Shown piece after piece: positions 14,901 to 26,322 of a stretch of DNA of 64,000 nucleotides. The translations under genes and the position numbers were made by a program. The DNA lies in assembly GCA_043228905.1 (NCBI GenBank), contig JBHGNT010000012.1:15562001-15626000 (forward strand), given 5' to 3'. Each line of letters opens with the position of its first letter. The stretch's first letter is position 1. This stretch comes from Azolla caroliniana (lineage: Eukaryota; Plantae; Polypodiophyta). The notes under the pieces were generated by a model that saw only the letters and a program-made list of their open reading frames with translations, had not been told where the DNA came from and searched no databases.

Positions 14901-15108
14901 CACATTAATATGCGCTTTTGTTTGAATGAAGGCTGGAGGAAGAATTTGCTTGGGCAAAGATTCGGCTTACTTACAAATGAAGATGACAGCTTCATTGTTG
15001 CTACAATTTTTCAAGTTCCACATTGTTAGTGGGCATGTTGTACATTATCGTGTCATGATGGTTATGGCTATGGCAAATGGTTTGCTTGTGAATGTCTCTC
15101 ATCGATGA
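5978..15108 (+). CDS. Cytochrome P450, CYP86 clan, CYP704(B)-like fatty-acid omega-hydroxylase; 6 exons: 5978-6319, 9899-10111, 11257-11550, 12444-12785, 13721-13921, 14932-15108 (522 aa)
   Basis: All introns are GT-AG and phase 0, and the joined frame is open. Motifs: N-terminal TM anchor, HRWRQR..PMTWPVLGA, LKTNFHNYPKG, GIFNSDG..W..HRK, AGRDTT I-helix, ETLRLYP K-helix, PDRWL, FQAGGRICLG heme motif. Collinear with Arabidopsis CYP704B1 as I recall it. Confidence 0.92.
6440..6750. repeat. 44-bp minisatellite, about 7 copies, in P450 intron 1
   Basis: Unit ggactagaactagtaggagtgttcttgattagtggtatactcta recurs at 6490, 6534, 6578, 6622, 6666 and 6710. Confidence 0.95.
10765..10974. repeat. 105-bp tandem duplication in P450 intron 2
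   Basis: cagtatcataatgctaaaactttgag...catgtgatg occurs at 10765 and 10870, with about 2 mismatches. Confidence 0.95.
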
Positions 15109-15488
15109 GACACTTTATTAACGTTCTATTAGCATACAGATAGATGAGTTATTTCATTATCATTCTAGTTGTATAACATACACATAGAATGCATACATTG
15201 ATTATTTGTTTCCATGAAATACGTATGTGATCATTTCCCCAATTTGGGTATAATATATCTCCCTTGTAATCTATAAATTATATAGCAGAAAAACATTTTA
15301 TATATGCGCTCATTCTAACTATTCCCCTTTAAATCAAATAATCCCTTTGAATTTCTAAAGATAATTTCAATATTCAAGTTTTTATAGTGTTATCTTCAAA
15401 CTAAATTCTAGTGACATCATTGTAAATGAATGAATTTGTGTATCTTGGACAATTAAGATCAACCTACAAATTGAATTGTGGTGAGAAC

Positions 15489-15821
15489 TAGGAATCAACA
15501 ATGGTTCGGTTTTGGCTTAATCAGTTTGGCCTTGTTCAAACCAAACCGTTAAGCCTTAACCAGTTTGGAAGTTTTCAAACTTGAACCAAACCGGTTATTA
15601 ATCTAGTTTAGGCTTAACAAGTTTGGCCAAACTAGTTAAGCCTAAACCAAATCAGGAACCTGTTTGGCCTAATTCAGTTTGGTTTGATTTGAGCCTTGCC
15701 AAATCGAGCTCAAACTTGTTTATGAAGCTCAAGCTTGACTAAGATGAGCCGAACTGTGAAACCATTTAAAAATCGTTTAACAATTCATTTTAGGCTTGAA
15801 CCGAGCCGTTGTCGAATCCTC
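15489..15821. mobile_element. hAT-type MITE downstream of the P450
   Basis: Imperfect ~22-bp TIRs (taggaatcaacaatggttcggtt / aaccgagccgttgtcgaatcct). 8-bp TSD gtgagaac/gtgggaac with 1 mismatch. Internal aaacc/ggttt subterminal repeats. Confidence 0.8.
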
Positions 15822-16796
15822 GTGGGAACATCAATGAAGCTTGTTTTTCAAGGTGTGTCAAAGATTTGAGGGATTTTAATATAGTTGACATGAATTCATA
15901 GGAAAATCAAGCTTTAAGCTTTGCACCTTAAGAAAGTTGGTACGCTTGATATGAGTCATTGTAATCATTTTTTCTCTCAACTATTTGGCATTTTTCCTTT
16001 TTTTTAATTGGCTAAAATGTTGTTCATACCTTAAATGATTGAATATCACAACGTTCTAGATGCTCCAATTGTTCCTTAGGTTGTACAATGGACATGAAGT
16101 GCATCATTACAATATACGGAGATAATGTCCTATCAAATATGACCTATGGGAACAAATTTTAAAGATTTCAACATAATACATGTGCAATTTCATGCCTAGA
16201 GAGAGAGAGAGAGAGTCTCGAGGTTCTATTATCGTCTTCGAAGATCAAATATGACTTGCGAGACCAAAAATATTTTATTTCACGTAATACATGTGAAAGT
16301 GAGTAGCGGCTCTCAATGTTCAAGAACTTTACCAATGAATGTTGCAATTGAGATTGCACGTTATGGTTATGAGAGAAATTCGTGCAAGGATTTGGTTTGG
16401 TCAAAGATGTGTGGAAAGTATGGTTGAATATGATCAAATGTAGAGCATTGTATCAAAGTGTGATTCTCAGACTCTCAAACTTGTTTAGAACAGTGTGCAT
16501 AGTCGACCACTCTCATCACTTCAATACTTCCTTTTATTTTTTCATGAATAATAAATTGTTTTATTATGTTCTTTCTTCTCCCATTCTTAATCATGTTTTG
16601 GGCGATGGGTTAAAATAGTAATCATTCAATGATGTTGTAGTAGTCATTGTTTGTTTGTATAAAACGTACATATGTTATGTATGCGTATGAACTCAATACC
16701 TCAATTGCCATATATTTGATATGCTATGTGTGTCGTATGCATAAGAGGTCAATAACTTATTGCATATTACGTTCACTCTTTTTTTGGATGTTGCAT

Positions 16797-18802
16797 TGTC
16801 GTGAAGGATTTCGGCCATAGGAAGAAAGGGGAACCGGATGCGTGTGAATGGGTGTGTGCAAGGATGCAAACGAACGAGGCTTATGTATATATATGGAACA
16901 AATGTAAATATTGAAGTATAGTAAGTACTAGTCTATGTGATTTAGATGGGTACTTTAATGTCCCACAAAAAGAGTGGAATAAAGTGTCGGAAGAGACAAA
17001 ATCGTGGGCTGAGATCTCTGATGAAAACGGTTGACTTAATGACTGATGTAATGGCCTCTCCTTGAGCTATAAAGGGAGAGGACGGAGAGAGAGAGGGGAA
17101 TCCATCATTTGGAGAATGAAGTGTTGTCGAATTGAGCTCTACAGGTTTCCGGTTTTCTGTTATGTGCATTCATTAGGTGTTGGTGAGGCCTCCGCTTGCT
17201 TAGGAAGCTTGTGTGCTCCCGAATAGAGGCTCATTAGTCCGGTGTGGGTGTATAAAGAGCTTGATGCTCTGTTACCGGCCGAGTCTGGTTGTATCTTCCT
17301 CTGTCATAGTTTAATCGATTATCTTCATTGAATCCACACTTCTCTGTGTCGTTGTGTGTGTCTTTGTCTTTGCTCGTATTCTCTTGTCTGTTCCCTCTCA
17401 CTTGCGTGTGTACTCAAGCGTCTAAGCCTGTGAGCTCATCGTTGTTACCCGGTGAGCAAAGATATCTGGATATCGATCCGGGTAAACACTTCGCTCTGTC
17501 TTTACTGGCTTCTTTATTATAGTTCTTAGTACTAACGTAAGCTTAAGATAAGGATAATGAAAAGATAGATAGAAAGGAGAAAGAGAAAGAAGGGTGCCGA
17601 TCCACCCGACCACCCCCGAGCGAAGGGATCGAGACGGACTCGAGCCTCGATCGGCGTCCCATACCACCGCCGTGGCGTCGAGTCGTACCTGGTGCTGTCG
17701 AAGATGAAGCAATGAAGGCAATGATGTTTATGAAGCGACTTTGGAAGCAACGACTTTGACTATGCCAATGATGGAAGTAGAGAAAGAGATGAAGAGGATA
17801 AGAAACATAGAGATCAAGATGTTGAGGTTCTGAAGAACCCCAAAGACACATATACAAAGGATGATAGAAAACACAAAGATAGGGATGAAGGTGATAAGAA
17901 ACACAGAGAAAGGGATGAAGATAATAAGAAACACATAGATAGAGATGAAAATGGTAGGAAAAACAAGGAGAAGGATGACAATGGCAAAAAATGCAAAAAT
18001 AGGGATGTGGAAAATGATAAGGAGTGTAGAGATAGAGATGATGATGAGCATAAACTAGGAGATAGAGATGTGAAGGATGAGAGGAATCTAAAAGACAAAG
18101 AAGATGATGAAAAGAAACTAAGAGATAGAGATGGCAAGGAAGATAGAAAACAAAGGGATGTTCATGATGGTAACTTTAGAACCAATGACGGTAATGATGG
18201 TAACTCCAGAAGCAAGGGCGATGACGAAGACGGGTAATGCTTCCAGTTGGAATGGATTCAAACTGTCACGGACACACCAACGCTAGACTACGACAAAGCA
18301 TGACAAGGTTACAACCAATAAGGTTGCGAACGTGGAACTCGACGTGATGATGCTAGAAACTCGTGAAGTTGGGAGTGATGAGATGAGGAACTTAAGACGC
18401 TAGGAACAAATACAAGAGCATAAAGACAAAGATGTAAATCAAGGAGAGAAGATGGGGCTAAACAAGAATACTAGATTGATGTGTCAATGATTGGTGTTGA
18501 ATCCCTTGAAAGGGACCAAGGAGGTTACAAGTATTTATATTGTGAGTCGAAGTACATGCATTAGAATATTTTGGAGAATATTTGGGAGAATATTCTAGAA
18601 ACCTCTAGAACCTTCTAGTTCTAGAACTTTCTAAAAACTCCTAGAACTTGAAATAGATAATCTACTAATAATCTACTAAGAAATACATAACATGAACATA
18701 TATTTGGATGTGTTGGTTAGAACACAACACTTGACTTTATGTCAAGAGGTTAAGAGTTCAAATCTTGACATGATTGTTGTCATGTCTGTGACAACTGCGA
18801 CA
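16797..18802 (+). mobile_element. Probable solo LTR (TGTCGT...GCGACA) containing a second nested LTR
   Basis: Interrupts sequence that is contiguous at about 43625. Termini resemble the reverse complement of 23242-23910. Candidate 4-bp TSD gcat/acat. TATA-like gctataaagg near 17066. Confidence 0.55.
17515..18793 (-). mobile_element. Nested Gypsy-type LTR sharing its termini and U5 module with the LTR at 42698-43148
   Basis: Minus-strand start tgtcacagacatgac versus tgttacgggcatgac at 42698. 17533-17697 is the reverse complement of 42968-43133. 18530-18595 also matches 25781-25842. No clear TSD. Confidence 0.6.
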
Positions 18803-19607
18803 ACATGTGAGTAGAGGCTATATGCCTCGGTTACGTATCTCGATTGGTCACCTCAATTTCGTTATATGTAACAAATAAACAAGCATCTTTATTAAACAAG
18901 CATGGTCACAAAAATGTTATTAAACAACTGTCGTAACCATCCTTATTAAACAATTTTTTTGTTATCCCCATTGATCACCTCAATTTTGTTATATGTAACA
19001 ATTAAACAAGCATGGTCACAACAGTGTTGTGGGCATACGGCCTTCCCCCACTTTGTGTGAGGTCCCTTATGAAACCATCTAACATTCAACATTTATGATG
19101 TTATGGTACCACCATGAGATCATCATCACGAAAGACATTTGTAATGAAATAACCATGTGATCGGCCACATGGGCTTACCACAAAAAAGAGGGCTAGTGCT
19201 GGCTTGACTATTAGGTTGCTCCCTATGGTAATGCCATTGTAAAGATGAGACTCGAGGTTGTGTAACGTACCAACATAGTTAATGAGGGGAAAATAAGCAT
19301 TTTAAACACATGTTTTCTTTTAAAAAAAAGGGTTCATGCTTTTAAATATCCCTCATACGCATAAACATTGAACATTCAATATGAGAAAGCCATTTGTTTA
19401 GCTCAAATATTTAATGGCTTTGTTCTCGAGGTTTCGAGTTTAAATATGAACAAGACCATACAACATTATTGATACATATGACTATAAAACATGTTTAGAC
19501 TTTAGGCCTAACTTTGGGGTCCTTGTAATAGGACTTAAAGACCCAAAATCACATGGGTGGGCATAGAAACTTAGGTTATTGTTAACATTTTTTTGTGTAT
19601 AAACAAT

Positions 19608-20036
19608 TGTAAAAGATATTGTGCGGAAGCTAAGACAAAACCGGCTAGTCCGGATAATTGCAGAACACAGAATGGAGGTTTAATGGAAAGCTTGAGTACA
19701 CAGGAGAGATAGAGAGAAAGCAGAACAGTGAAACTCAATTCAAAAAATGATAACACTCTGTACATACAGTGTCCTACATAACACTTTTTATACAAGTCTT
19801 TAAAAGGATTGACAGAAGTACTCACAAGTACTTCAATGCTCATACGAGCAATTGTCACTAACTCCAAGGAATCTGCCTACGTACTAATCCAAGATTGTAG
19901 ACCTCTAACGGCCTACCTATTACCATCCGATCTGTCTCTCTAATCCGACTCTTGTTTCCGGATACCTATCTAGTTCTCTGTTCCGGCTCCATGTTATTCA
20001 GTCGATCCAGATCTGGTTGAGCTTGTTTGCTCAACA
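19608..20036 (-). mobile_element. Solo LTR of the TGTTGAGC Copia family
   Basis: Reverse complement begins tgttgagcaaacaagctcaacc and ends cttttaca. 5-bp TSD acaat/actat. The empty site is visible at about 44555-44570. Confidence 0.85.
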
Positions 20037-21026
20037 ACTATTCATGATGTGAACAAACATGGTTGAGCTTTGAGGAGGAGCCATGGGAAAAAATTAATAT
20101 CGAGATTAGGGAAAGACATTCATTTGTCCCCCCCCCCCCACCTCTATGGTTTTTAAAACACCTTTGTGTTACCATAATTATCTGATCTTGAACCTAATCT
20201 CATACGTCATGATATTGATTAATGTTTGCTCATGATATGTTTACATCAAGACATTATGTTATGGTAACTATTTACCTGACCCCATCTTATTTCTTTGCTA
20301 GATATTATATTTTAATGGCTCATAATAACGATCCGATGGCATCCTCCCAAGGAGAGGGGATTTAAGGAAATACTCGTGGGGCAATTCCAATGAAATAGTC
20401 CTTCGTTATCAACGCACTTTCGAAGAGGTCACTGAAATAGTCCTTCGTTATCAACGCACTTCGAAGAAGGACTATAACAAACATGAAGTGCATGGGACAA
20501 AATTGTAACAATTCGCTGAGAAACGCAAGACACCCAACAAATTCCTGGATCGCGATTTTAAGTGACAAAACCCTTTTTGCGTGTCCTACAAAAGGAAGGG
20601 TCACAAAAAAGAGCAATCTCGAAAGCTCCAACGTAAAGACTTGGCCTTCGACCATTTCACACAACAAGCCTTCCTCACAAGCTTGAGGGGGAAGAACCGA
20701 AACTACCTTGGAAAGGCTGAAGAAAGCCAAAACAATTCCGAAAGCCGAACAGAAGCCGACGTAAAAAACTAGACAACACTGAAAAGCAGAACAGGACGTT
20801 AGATGCCTCATGAGCTTGAAGGGCATGTTGAGATATCAAGCTGAACTAGGTTTAGCCATTTGGTTAACCACGTAACTTAGTAGTTACCTAGATAGAATCT
20901 AGTTAGTGTGTAGACCTTAAAGCCTTAAATAGGACCTTGTACTTAAGTGGGATATTCTAGATCCTCCACTCCCAAATACATTTAATATAGGACTTACATC
21001 TTTGTACCTACATTCTCCTCACATGT

Positions 21027-21600
21027 TGTCGAGGAAATCCTCGTGTGTTCGTGAAATGAAGCGGGACCGCCGGGGTCTTGGACCAGAAGGGTTCGATGTT
21101 TTTAGTAGCGTAAGCGAGAACGTTTTGAAGACCGATAGACAACTAGATGGAGAGAGAAAGAGAGAGAGAGAGAGAGAGATTGAACCCTTGACTTCAATTT
21201 GGAGGGAGAAGATACATCACCAATAGGATAATTAGTTTTATTATTAATAATTTCTTGATTAGTACATAGCATCCCCTTGATAAATTGATTGATTCCTTCT
21301 TTTCTTTTTCCTCCACACTTTTATAGATGCCCCCATGCATATGATGCATGTGAGGGTGCAAGACATGCATACAATGCATGCGATGCATGTTTGCCATTTG
21401 GCACTCATGCATTACATGTGATGCATGATAACCATGTCACTCATGCAAGCTCTCATGTATGTGAATTTACATATGAGAAAGTATAATGATGAAAATACAA
21501 CTTTTAAAGAAATGACTTGGCTTTGTGGTAAGTCAATTGTGTTATGTAAGATTGTCCCTTCTTGTGGGGGAGTCGGCCGAAAAGCCGAAACGAGAGTCGG
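21027..21600 (-). mobile_element. 3' LTR (truncated) of the tRNA-Trp-primed Gypsy element
   Basis: Near-identical to 41900-42470 (gaggaaatcctcgtgtgttc..., catg-rich block, aaagccgaaacgagagtc). Confidence 0.85.
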
Positions 21601-22007
21601 CATTAGACAGAACCGGCTCAACCGGATAGCAACAGAGAATAAGATGAAGGTTTAATGGAGAAGCTTAATACACAGAGAGTATACACGAGACAGAGAGAGC
21701 AGAATATAAACTCAAATTCAAAAATAACTCTAAAACTCTATATATACAACGTGTTAAACAACACTATTTATACAAGTCCTCAAAACGATTGACAGAAGTA
21801 CTGACAGGTACTTCAATGCTCATACGCGCGACAGACACTAACTACAAGACAATGATAACCTAGTAGTCTAGGCTACTACTAGGCTTCCGGTTCCCGCTCG
21901 AATCCGTCTCTCCGATCCGGCCGGTTGTTTCCGGATACCATCTGGATACCGATCCGGCTCAAGCTTATTCAACCGATCCGGATCCGGCTGAGCTTGCTTG
22001 CTCAACA
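21601..22007 (-). mobile_element. Truncated LTR of the TGTTGAGC Copia family
   Basis: Ends gcttgcttgctcaaca (minus-strand TGTTGAGCAAGCAAGC). Similar to 19608-20036. The opposite end is lost. Confidence 0.75.
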
Positions 22008-23156
22008 GTTTCCATCGGGGACGAAGTTATGTATGGTTGCCCAAGAATGATGGGATGGGATGCTGAATCTTGAACAAAATAATGTTGATCTATCTTGACA
22101 TCACCAATCGTGATGGGGATATTAGGACAAGCCCCATACAAGTCTTCGATAGCTTTCGTTGCCACACGGATCTTCCACCCATGATTCGTATTTATGGGCC
22201 ATCTTCCCTTTTTGTAGACCTCAGTCGACGTAATGTTGATATCGGACCCATGGTTTATTAAAGCTATGATTGTTTCTTTTCTCTCTCCCAACGTTAATGG
22301 TGTGTTCGTTGTCGCTTGCCCCCAATGAGGCCAAGTATAGTGACTGTCCACCATATCTTCATCGACTTCGTCCCTTGCCATCGTTAGGGTATTCGCTTTT
22401 GCTTTTAGTGGCATCTCTGCTTCCTTATCCGATTGTTGCCTTTTTCTCTTTACAAGGTCCACGATCGTATCATGGAACTCCTTCGTAATGCCAAGCAAAT
22501 TCCCTCAAGGACAAGGTCACGTGGCTATCAAGAACACGTTCCTCGAGAATCTTCTTCAGGTCTGTCGTCTATTCTATTTTCAACCTTAGTTTATAGGAAG
22601 GCATAGTTCTTGTCTTCCGAACGGGGTCTTCGACATCAACCATCACGGTCCAAACCGATTCTTCGACTTGTTTGCTCGACTCCCTTTTCCGGCTTGAGTC
22701 TCCATCCTCCGTTCGTAAAGCTCGACTTGTGCCTGCATCTTATTTCGTTTTTGTGCTCCTTGTTTCATGTCTTTTTGATGGGTTATCTTGCCCTTCCATT
22801 CATTTTCTCTTTTCATCCACGAATACCTCGTGGTTGTCACACATCACTTCTGCGAGTATGGTGTTGTCATCTACTGGATCCGACCATCCAGTGATACTTT
22901 GTACACTTCGGTCTACAAGCTCTACATCATCCCAAGTAACTTTGCCCTTCTTCTTGCACTCGAGAACAAAAGACCAAAACTTTGTTCCCGTTTTAGCAGC
23001 TTCATTTTTATCTTTCCCGACTCTTATTCCGGCCGATGCAGCATAGTGCAACGCATCCACATGAGTCGCCTCAACATCTTCCATAGCTTTCTTCATTCCC
23101 CCTCTTCGGAAATTCACCCGCAGGGTTCTTTGAGTTTCACTCGAGTAGATCATGTT
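22008..23156 (-). pseudogene. Gag C-terminus/protease of the tRNA-Trp-primed Gypsy element (continues 40914-41835)
   Basis: ORFs 22800-23153 and 21965-22498 show an aspartic-protease-like IIALINHGSDINI...IGDVKIDQHYFVQ..PIILGQPY. The reading frame rejoins across the ATGTT TSD. Confidence 0.75.
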
Positions 23157-23241
23157 TGTTGAGCGGCAAGCTCAACCGGATCCGGATTGGCTGAATAAGC
23201 CTAAGCCGGATCGACATCTGGAAGGATGAGCGGTGAGCCGG

Positions 23242-23910
23242 TGTCGCGTTGTTATGCGCGTGCGTGGAGACCGAGGTGGGACCACGGGGGCCTTGGAACG
23301 AGAAATAACTGAATGAGAAGAGGGGAAGGAAACTATCAATGTAGTTCCCACACGCATAGACACACAGATTCACAAGAGTTGCAACTAACTCTGAACAATG
23401 GAGAGAGAACGAATGTATATGTATATATAAATCAAGGAGTTACAACCGGCAAGTCGGCGAGTGATAGGCTCCGACGCTTGCACACACACACACACACAGA
23501 ATGTGAGATGGAGACTTTGCTTGGAGCACTCGAGCGTTCCACGGAGCAGAGTCAGCCTCCTGAAAACTTGCACAGAACGACTATGGAGAAGACAGAGGAG
23601 AAGAGCTCGGTTCTAGGCCAGCAACACTTCGTCCTCCACAAAACGCGATAACCCTTTACAATACCTCTCCCTCCCTTTTATGGCCCAAGGTGGGAGGCCG
23701 TTACCACCTATTACAACATGTTTATTCCCTGTCCTTTCGGACAGGGATACGCCTCGATTTTCTCCCTAATGAATGTGTGCTACCTAGGATTTCACCTCAG
23801 CTGACTTGTACCTACCTACGTACTATACAACAAAACTTGTGCCCACATGTAAGGGCCGGTTTACGCACGTTATACCCGGTTTCCGCCTACGGACGGTTTT
23901 CTCCACGACA
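23242..23910 (-). mobile_element. Solo LTR (669 bp) inserted in Copia LTR1 with a 4-bp CCGG TSD
   Basis: ccgg|TGTCGCG...CACGACA|ccgg. The uninterrupted site gagccggttagc is seen in LTR2 and LTR3. Confidence 0.85.
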
Positions 23911-24221
23911 CCGGTTAGCTGGATCAAGCAATAACCGGAAGCCAAGTAGCAGCTAGTCTGCTAGAGAGTTAATATCTCGTAGTAAGTCTCAGACGCTCGT
24001 GTGAGCATTGAAGTACACCGTACTTCTATCAGTCCGTATGGACTTGTATAAAACTGTTCACCGAACACATACGATGTGTAGACTAAGTAATATTTTGAAT
24101 TGAGTTTCTGTGTGTTCTCTCTCTCTTTCTCTCCCGCATACTGTGTATATTCAAGCTCTCCATTAAACCTGCACATTTTCTGTGTTCGGTTTTCTATTGC
24201 TTCCGCACACTATTCTTTACA

Positions 24222-24233
24222 TGGTATCAGAGC
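24222..24233 (+). promoter_or_regulatory. Primer-binding site, tRNA-iMet
   Basis: tggtatcagagc immediately follows the LTR-terminal CA. Confidence 0.9.
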
Positions 24234-24301
24234 GCGAAGGTTAAGAACCTCTGCAGCCGACATTAGCATCTGAAGACCCAGTAAAAACAGAAAGAGAAGT
24301 A

Positions 24302-25296
24302 ATGGACAGAGGAATGGCTAGCTCGCTCCCAGTGGAGAAGCTTGACATATCCAACTACGCATCTTGGTCATACAAGATGCACTAGTACCTATTTGGGCAT
24401 GGGTATTGGAGCTATGTTGACGAAGCTAACGACACAGCACCTGATGCGGCACACTAGGACTTCCCAGTGTGAGAACAAGCAGCAAGCAGAGTGATGTACT
24501 GCTTCGCGTCAAGTGTCGGAGACCAACTGCAAAGCCATATCCGAGATGCCAAGATGCCAAAAGAAGCTTGGGGAAACCTGAAGAAGGTTTTCGCCGCAAG
24601 CACAACGGCCAGGAAGTTGTAGCTCAGGCAAGAGCTCAACAATGTCTGACAGAAAAATCTGTCTGTGGCTGATTACATAGCCCGAATCAAGGAAATCTGT
24701 GACTCACTCGCCTCCGTCAATGTGAACGTCGAGGAGGACGAGATGGTCCAAGTGTGCCTTGGTGGACTAGCGTCCAGGTTCGGAGCTTTCCGAATTGCGT
24801 TCTGTACAAGGGAGAATATGTCGTCATTTTTCGACTTACAGTCGATGCTCCTTGTAGAGGAGAACCACGCCAGTGCGCCAACAAGTGCACCCACTGACAA
24901 CCGGATGTTGTACACGAAGCGGATCAGCCCCGTGGGCGTGGTGGAAAAGGCGGGTCGGCTCGCAATGATAGCGGCCGGCAAGAGCAGGACCAAAGGCACA
25001 GAGAACATAACGACAACAGTTCCGGACCTTCCACAATCAGGGGGAGTCAAGGCGGCGCCGGAGACCGGCAAGCAAAGGCTGACACGGAATGCTGGTACTG
25101 TGGTAAAAAGGGCCACAGAGAAAGCAAGTGCTAGAAGAAACGTGCCGATTCAGACAGATCCGGATCCAGGAAGGCCGGCAGGGAGAACCGACAATACTCG
25201 CACTACGTAGAAGGATCAGGAGGATCCAAAACCGGAAAGGCTGGTAAATGGCCAACCTAGGTGATGAAACACAAGCCTAACTCGATGAAGAAGACC
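24302..25296 (+). pseudogene. Copia gag (first, truncated copy) with zinc knuckle
   Basis: Closely similar to 26323-27319: EKLD.SNYASW, HIRDAK.PKEAW, CWYCGKKGH knuckle. Multiple stops. Confidence 0.85.
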
Positions 25297-25697
25297 GTAC
25301 ATGGTCGCTCACACCCGTTGGTGTTCCAGTTCCCGGTGGGAACCGCACATGGTCGTTCATGTTCGTTAGTGTTCCAGTTCCCGGTGAGAACCGCACATGG
25401 TCGCTCACATTTGTTGGTGTTCCTGTCTCCGGTGAGGACTGCACATGGTCACTCACATTGGTGTTCCAGTTTCCAGTGAGGACCATACATGGTTGCTCAT
25501 GCCCGTTTGTGTTCCAGTTCCCGGTGAGGACCGTACATTGTCGCGCACACTCACATTTCTGTTCCAGTTCCCAGTCAGTGAGGACTGTACATTGTCGCTC
25601 ATACTCACGTTGGTGTTCTAGTCTCCGGTGAGAACCACCCATGGTCAGTCGCGTTCACCCGTACTCCTATTTCTGGTGAGGACTGGTCATGGTCACT
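25294..25697. repeat. 48-bp tandem array, about 8-9 degenerating copies
   Basis: accgcacatggtcgctcacatttgttggtgttccagttcccggtgaga-type units at 25294, 25342, 25390, 25438 and onward. Confidence 0.92.
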
Positions 25698-26322
25698 CAC
25701 TCCTCAACGTACTTTGGTTTTCCCTTTAGGTCACCCCTACACCACGCTTTCGAAAACGCGACCGTAAAGGGGAGGATAATTATTCTCCCAAATATTCTCC
25801 AAAATATTCTAATGCATGTACTTCGACTCACAATATAAATACTGTTGAGCGGCAAGCTCAACCGGATCCGAATCGGCATCCGGAAGGATGAGCCGGTGAG
25901 CAGGTGAGCCGGTGAGCCGGTGAGTTGGGGAGCCGGTTAGCTAGATCAAGCAGTAACCAGAAGCCAAGTAGCAGCTAGTCTACTAGGGAGTTAATATCTC
26001 GTACTTAGTCTCAGACGCTCGTGTGAGCATTGAAGTACACCGTAATTCTGTCAATCCGTATGGACTTGTATAAAAGTGTTCACTGAACACATACGATGTA
26101 TAGACTAAGTAATATTTTGAATTGAGTTTCTGTGTGTTCTCTCTCTCTTTCTCTCCCGCGTATTGTGTATATTCAAGCTCTCCATTAAACTTGCGTATTT
26201 TTTGTGTTCAGTTTTCTATTGCTTCCGCACGCTATTCTTTACATGGTAGCAGAGTGCGAAGGTTAAGAACCTTTGCAACCGACATCAGCAGCTGAAGACC
26301 CGGTAAGAACAGAAAGAGAAGT

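Larger units (their letters stand above)
16560..20640 (+). mobile_element. Internally deleted, non-autonomous relative of the Gypsy element at 42698-49627 (leader plus gag remnant), interrupted by two insertions
   Basis: 16560-16796, 18803-19607 and 20037-20640 are collinear with 43300-45760. The gag start (atggctcataataacgatccgatg) jumps directly to the zinc-knuckle region. Confidence 0.75.

Noticed and set aside
17728-18137. Hydrophobic 'membrane protein' ORFs on the minus strand
   Set aside because: Artefact of the pyrimidine-rich antisense of the purine-rich repeat.
25294-25697. 48-bp array as a CRISPR-like repeat-spacer locus
   Set aside because: Units are contiguous degenerate tandem copies with no unique spacers, there are no cas genes, and the context is eukaryotic TE DNA.
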